Origin: Anthoceros angustus
Taxonomy: Eukaryota; Plantae; Anthocerotophyta
Length of the DNA stretch: 64,000 nt
Assembly (NCBI GenBank): GCA_010909165.1
Contig: VJWM01000019.1
Coordinates: 868,001 to 932,000, forward strand
Direction: 5' to 3'
Under the pieces are notes generated by a model that was given only the letters and a program-made list of their open reading frames with translations, had not been told where the DNA came from and did no database searches. A program made the position numbers and the translations under genes. Shown one piece after another: positions 59,819 to 64,000 of this stretch (position 1 is the stretch's first letter; each line of letters begins with the position of its first letter).

Positions 59819-60199
59819 TTTGTCATAAGCGCTTGGGGCAACCCTAGTGCTGATTGGTGATGAGCGGTTGGGTTTAGTGTTTTATTTGTATTAATGAATT
59901 TATTTATTTATTTTAACCAAGTAATTAACACCAATTAATATAAAAGTGCTTATATTAACTAAGTGTTAATTAAACATGATAAGTTAACTGGGTAAGCACA
60001 ACCCTACTAGAAATGACATCCTATATTACAGTCGTTGTTGCAATTTTATGTTACACTTCCAAATTACAACATACTTTGGAACCGCGGAGCGGGAGGATGC
60101 GGGCAGTGCGGCTAGTGCGGCCGGTGATGGAGGACAAGGTGGGACGCGGGGTTTGGCGGTGTGCGGAAGCGGCGGACGGCGTGTGAGGCCCCGGTGTGG

Positions 60200-63100
60200 T
60201 GGGCCACCATGTGCGGGTCGGCAGGGGCGGTTTGGCGGGCCCGCCTTGCCCTGCCCCTGCTAGCCCTGGCTTCTGACCGTGCGGGCCCAGGTTCCAGCCT
60301 TCCGCTGGTCTGGCATGCGTCCGTCGGTGCGACTTGCGTCTGTGTCCACGGGCTTAGTTTTAGGGTTTATGCCTTTTTTCTGGCAGGGTTTCTGACAAGG
60401 GTTCTAGCCATGCTTGGCGTCTAGTTTTGGTGGATTCTGGCATGGGGATTAGTAGTTTTTAGCATTAGTTTTAGTTTTTTCTGGCGTTGGGGGTACTAAT
60501 TTTTAGCATCAGGTTTTGGCATCAAGCGTTGCGTCCACGCCCTTGTCCCCCTTGCCATCGAGACTCTCCAGGTTCGTCAAGGCCTGCGCCAAGGCTTATC
60601 ACAGCCGCAAGAATGGGGTTGGCCTCCCCCTTTCTTGTATCGTTGCTTTCTTACGGGAGAGGGTTTCCATCGCTCTGCAGAGGGTGTTGGCTAACGTAGT
60701 GTACAAAACAACAGCGAGCGCGGGAGATGCAGCTTCTTCGACACCGGTAGTACGTAGGCCTTTTCACATCCCTGACCACGAAGTTCTTCGGGCGGTTGGT
60801 AGTTTTGAGATACGTGATCGTGGAGGCTAGTCCCCCTGACATGATGGTTTGGTTTTTCCTCCTTTGTTTTTGGGGTGGATGGGTTTTTCCCATCTCTTTT
60901 TTATAATAGCCTCCTGTTCACCAAAAAAACATACTTTTGAGGCTTGATATTAAGTTTGTCATTTCTTTTCCCATGTGGTGCCACCATCTTAACCCGAACC
61001 TCCTAGTTCTCTCTTCTCCTACCTCACCTTCTGAACTATACCCCTCTCTCATAACCATTTTTTATTATTTCTCACATGCAATTGCAACATGAATGTAATC
61101 AGGAGCCTCCTCTCCCCCCCCTTATCAGGCTCCTCTCTTGATTACACCCTCTTTAAAGAACTATTAATACACGCTCCAACCTCATAACTACACCATTTTT
61201 TAATCAATTCTTTTACTTGACCATACCTATACATAGGTTGAACACTAATTTTTTTGGCTTTCAACCAGTCATACATAGATATTAAATATGCACCATCCCA
61301 TTATTCATTTATATCTATGGTAAAAATACACGGTATGTATACATGTATATATAGATTGATACAAGCTTAATTATATGCTTTATTATTATGTCAGACTATA
61401 CAGGGCATACATATAAGAGTATATTACATATATATTCTGAATTTTGCCAACGCGGGATGCAACCGGATGGAATGTATTCCTGAATTTTGCAAGGCTTCCG
61501 GAATGCAATGGAACGGGATGTAACCTATGTGACATGTACATATATGTAATATACTCTTATACGTATGCCCTATATAGTCTGTCATAATAATAAAGCATAT
61601 AATTAAGCTTGTATCAATCTATATATACATGTATACATACCCTGTATTTTAACTATAGATATAAATGAACAATGGGATGGTGCATATTTAATATCTATGT
61701 AGGACTGGTTGAAGGCCAAAAAAATTAGTTTCCAACCTATGCATAGGTATGGTCAAGTAAAAAAATTGATTAAAAAATGGTGTAATTATGAGGTTGGAGC
61801 GTGTGTTAATAGTTCTTTAAAGAGGGTGTAATAAAGAGAGGAGCCTGATAGGGGGGGAGAGGGGGCTCCTTATTACATTCGTGTTGCAATTGCATGTGGG
61901 AAATAATAAAAAATGGTTGTGAGAGAGGGGTATAGTTCAGAAGGTGAGGTAAGAGAAGAGAGAACTAGGAGGTTCGTGTTAAGATGATGGCACCATATGG
62001 GGAAAGAAATGACAAACTTAATACCAAGCCTCCAAAGTATGTTTTTTGGTGAACATGAGACTATTATAAAAAAGAGATGGGAAAAACCCATCCACCCCAA
62101 AAACAAAGGGGAAAAAACCCAACGAAGGGCACCATGCCAGGGAGACTAGCCCCCATGATCACATATTTCAAAACTACCAACCGCCCGAAGAACTTCGTGG
62201 TGAAGGATGTGAAAAGGCCTACTTACCACCGGTGTCGAAGAAGCCACATCTCTTGCGCTTGCTGTCATTTTGTACACTGCGTTGGCCAACGCCCTCTGTA
62301 GAGTGATGGAAACCCACTGTCGTAAGAAAGCAACAATACAAGAAAGGGGGAGGCCAACCCCATTCTTGTGGCTGTGATAAGCCTTGGCGCAGGCCTTGAC
62401 GAACTTGGAGAAATCCTAGCCCATGGCTCCATGAGTCTCGATGGCAAGGGGGATGAAGGCGTGGACGCAACGCCTGATGCCAGAACCTGATGCCAAAAAC
62501 TAGCCTGATGCCAAAAACTAGTACCCCCGACGCTGAGAAAAAAACTAAAACTAATGCTAAAAACTGCCACTACAAGAATCACAGGTATTTTACAACGTAT
62601 TTTACAACATAATTTACAATCTCATGTTGTAAAAACGGACATTGTGATTAATAACAATAATAAAGAGTTAAAAAAATAAAGAACACAATTTGAGAAAAAT
62701 GGTTTACAACGTAATCTACAACAAGGGAGCCACATCATCAATTGCTGTTGTAAATGGCCTCCAATCATATTTTTGTGATTAATAATAATAATAATAATAA
62801 TAAAGGTTAAAAAAATTAAAAACACATTTTGAGAAAAATATTTTACAACGTAATCTACAACAAGGAAGCCATGTCATCAATCGTTGTTGTAAATGGCCTC
62901 AAATCATATTTCTGTGATTAATAATAATAATAAAGAGTTTTGAAGAAATAGAAAATAAATTTTGAGAAAAAAGCTTTACAACGTAATCTACAACAAGGCA
63001 GCCACGTCATCACATGCTGTTGTAAATGGATTCCAAACATATTTTTGTGATTAGTGATATTAATAAATATTTTTAGAAAAAAAAGATCAAATTTTTAAAA

Positions 63101-63489
63101 AAAGGCTTTTACAACGTAATCTACGACGAGGGACCCACATCATCAATCCATTGTTGTAAATGAGCACCCGAAAGAGTGCCATATCATCCAACTAAAAACC
63201 TCCATTGTAAACCGAGTCTTAAACTTGCCACATCAGCGAAACTTAAACCAATTTACAGCGGAGGTTGTTAGTCGTTATAGAGATTAGGACAGTTGCAAAA
63301 GGGGGCCACCAAAATTAGACACCAAGAATAGCAAGAACCCTCGCTGGAAACCCTAAAACTAAGCCCGCGGACACGCACTGCCGGCTGACGCAGCCGCTAC
63401 CGGAAGGCGGAGCCCCGGCCCGGTAAGTCCGGTAGGCAAGGCATGCCCATTACAGCACACCGCCAGCCATAAGCCCGTGACGCCCGCCG
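60200..63489. repeat. Long imperfect inverted repeat: arm 1 ~60200-61432, spacer ~100 bp, arm 2 ~61538-62567 resuming at ~63305-63489
   Basis: Mirror ORFs (MGKTHPPQKQR.. at 60893- and 62077+) and continuous reverse-complement match. CCACCAAAATTAGAC...ACCCTAAAACTAAGCCCG at 63305 matches 60345-60433. Confidence 0.92.
62568..63300. mobile_element. CACTA transposon end with ~135-bp subterminal repeats; other end not found
   Basis: CACTACAAGAA at 62568 followed by repeated TTACAACG / TGTTGTAAA motifs. Confidence 0.8.
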
Positions 63490-64000
63490 TGAGACGGTTA
63501 TGCAGCTAACCCGCTTAGGTTATCGACCCAGAGGTACCACTACCTGCTCGAAAGAGAACCCGGAATGTGATAATGACGCGTTAGGGCATGCTAAAACTTA
63601 AACTTGTTTTCCGAAACTAGTCCTAGTAAATAGGTTATTTACTAACTTAGGCTAGAGAAAGGGGATTAAATCCCCATTTACTGTGGTAGTTAGACTTGAT
63701 CCTGAACAGACTTCCCAGTCTGTTACCAGGGGCTTCTTGGCCGGACACTAGCCAGCCCCTTCTTGTACTATGGACACTAAGAATTCAATAGCCATTTGCT
63801 GAAGGCTCATCTCACGACGGGGAGCTCAGGTCCTGAAAGCGCATCTGGGTTTGAATGCAGATCCTTGCCGTGACACTTGGTATCAGAGCAACGACCTTGG
63901 ACTCAACGACGAGACAGGCCCAACTGCCAACCTAGCGTAGAGAACACAAGGAGTCAGGGAAGCGAGATCAAGGAACAAGAATCGGAGTTGGGATTCCTGA
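63490..64000 (+). mobile_element. 5' LTR (63490-63875) and Met-tRNA PBS of an LTR retrotransposon running off the window
   Basis: TGAGACGG...CCGTGACA inverted ends. TGGTATCAGAGC at 63878-63889. Confidence 0.8.

Overview
Eukaryotic plant nuclear DNA, most likely from a seed-free land plant such as a hornwort. That placement is inferred from very regular PLS-class PPR genes with the PGQSWW (WW-type) C-terminal signature. The left 46 kb is a nest of transposons and PPR paralogues. It holds a large Sola-type (Sola2-like) DNA transposon with accessory ORFs and minisatellite arrays (~0.5-16 kb). It also holds two ~4.2 kb TG..CA units with perfect 5-bp TSDs, each carrying a ~1000-codon coiled-coil gene but no gag/pol (1116-5352 and 32527-44963). 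Other contents are a very young gag-protease-only Copia (16829-19938), a full Copia with TSD (34111-40540), a MULE transposase relic, two broken head-to-head PPR genes and a GNA-type lectin pseudogene. The right 18 kb holds ordinary genes (a 1350-aa PLS-E+ PPR, an FKBP62/ROF1-like immunophilin, RPS9 and a laccase), followed by a long inverted repeat, a CACTA end and the 5' LTR+PBS of another retroelement. Many frameshifts in TE DNA fall at CAG/CTG trinucleotides and look like long-read errors at methylated CHG sites, so several 'broken' TE ORFs may really be intact. The two best candidates for an undescribed system are the multi-gene Sola element with shared-core repeat arrays and the gene-bearing giant solo-LTR-like elements.
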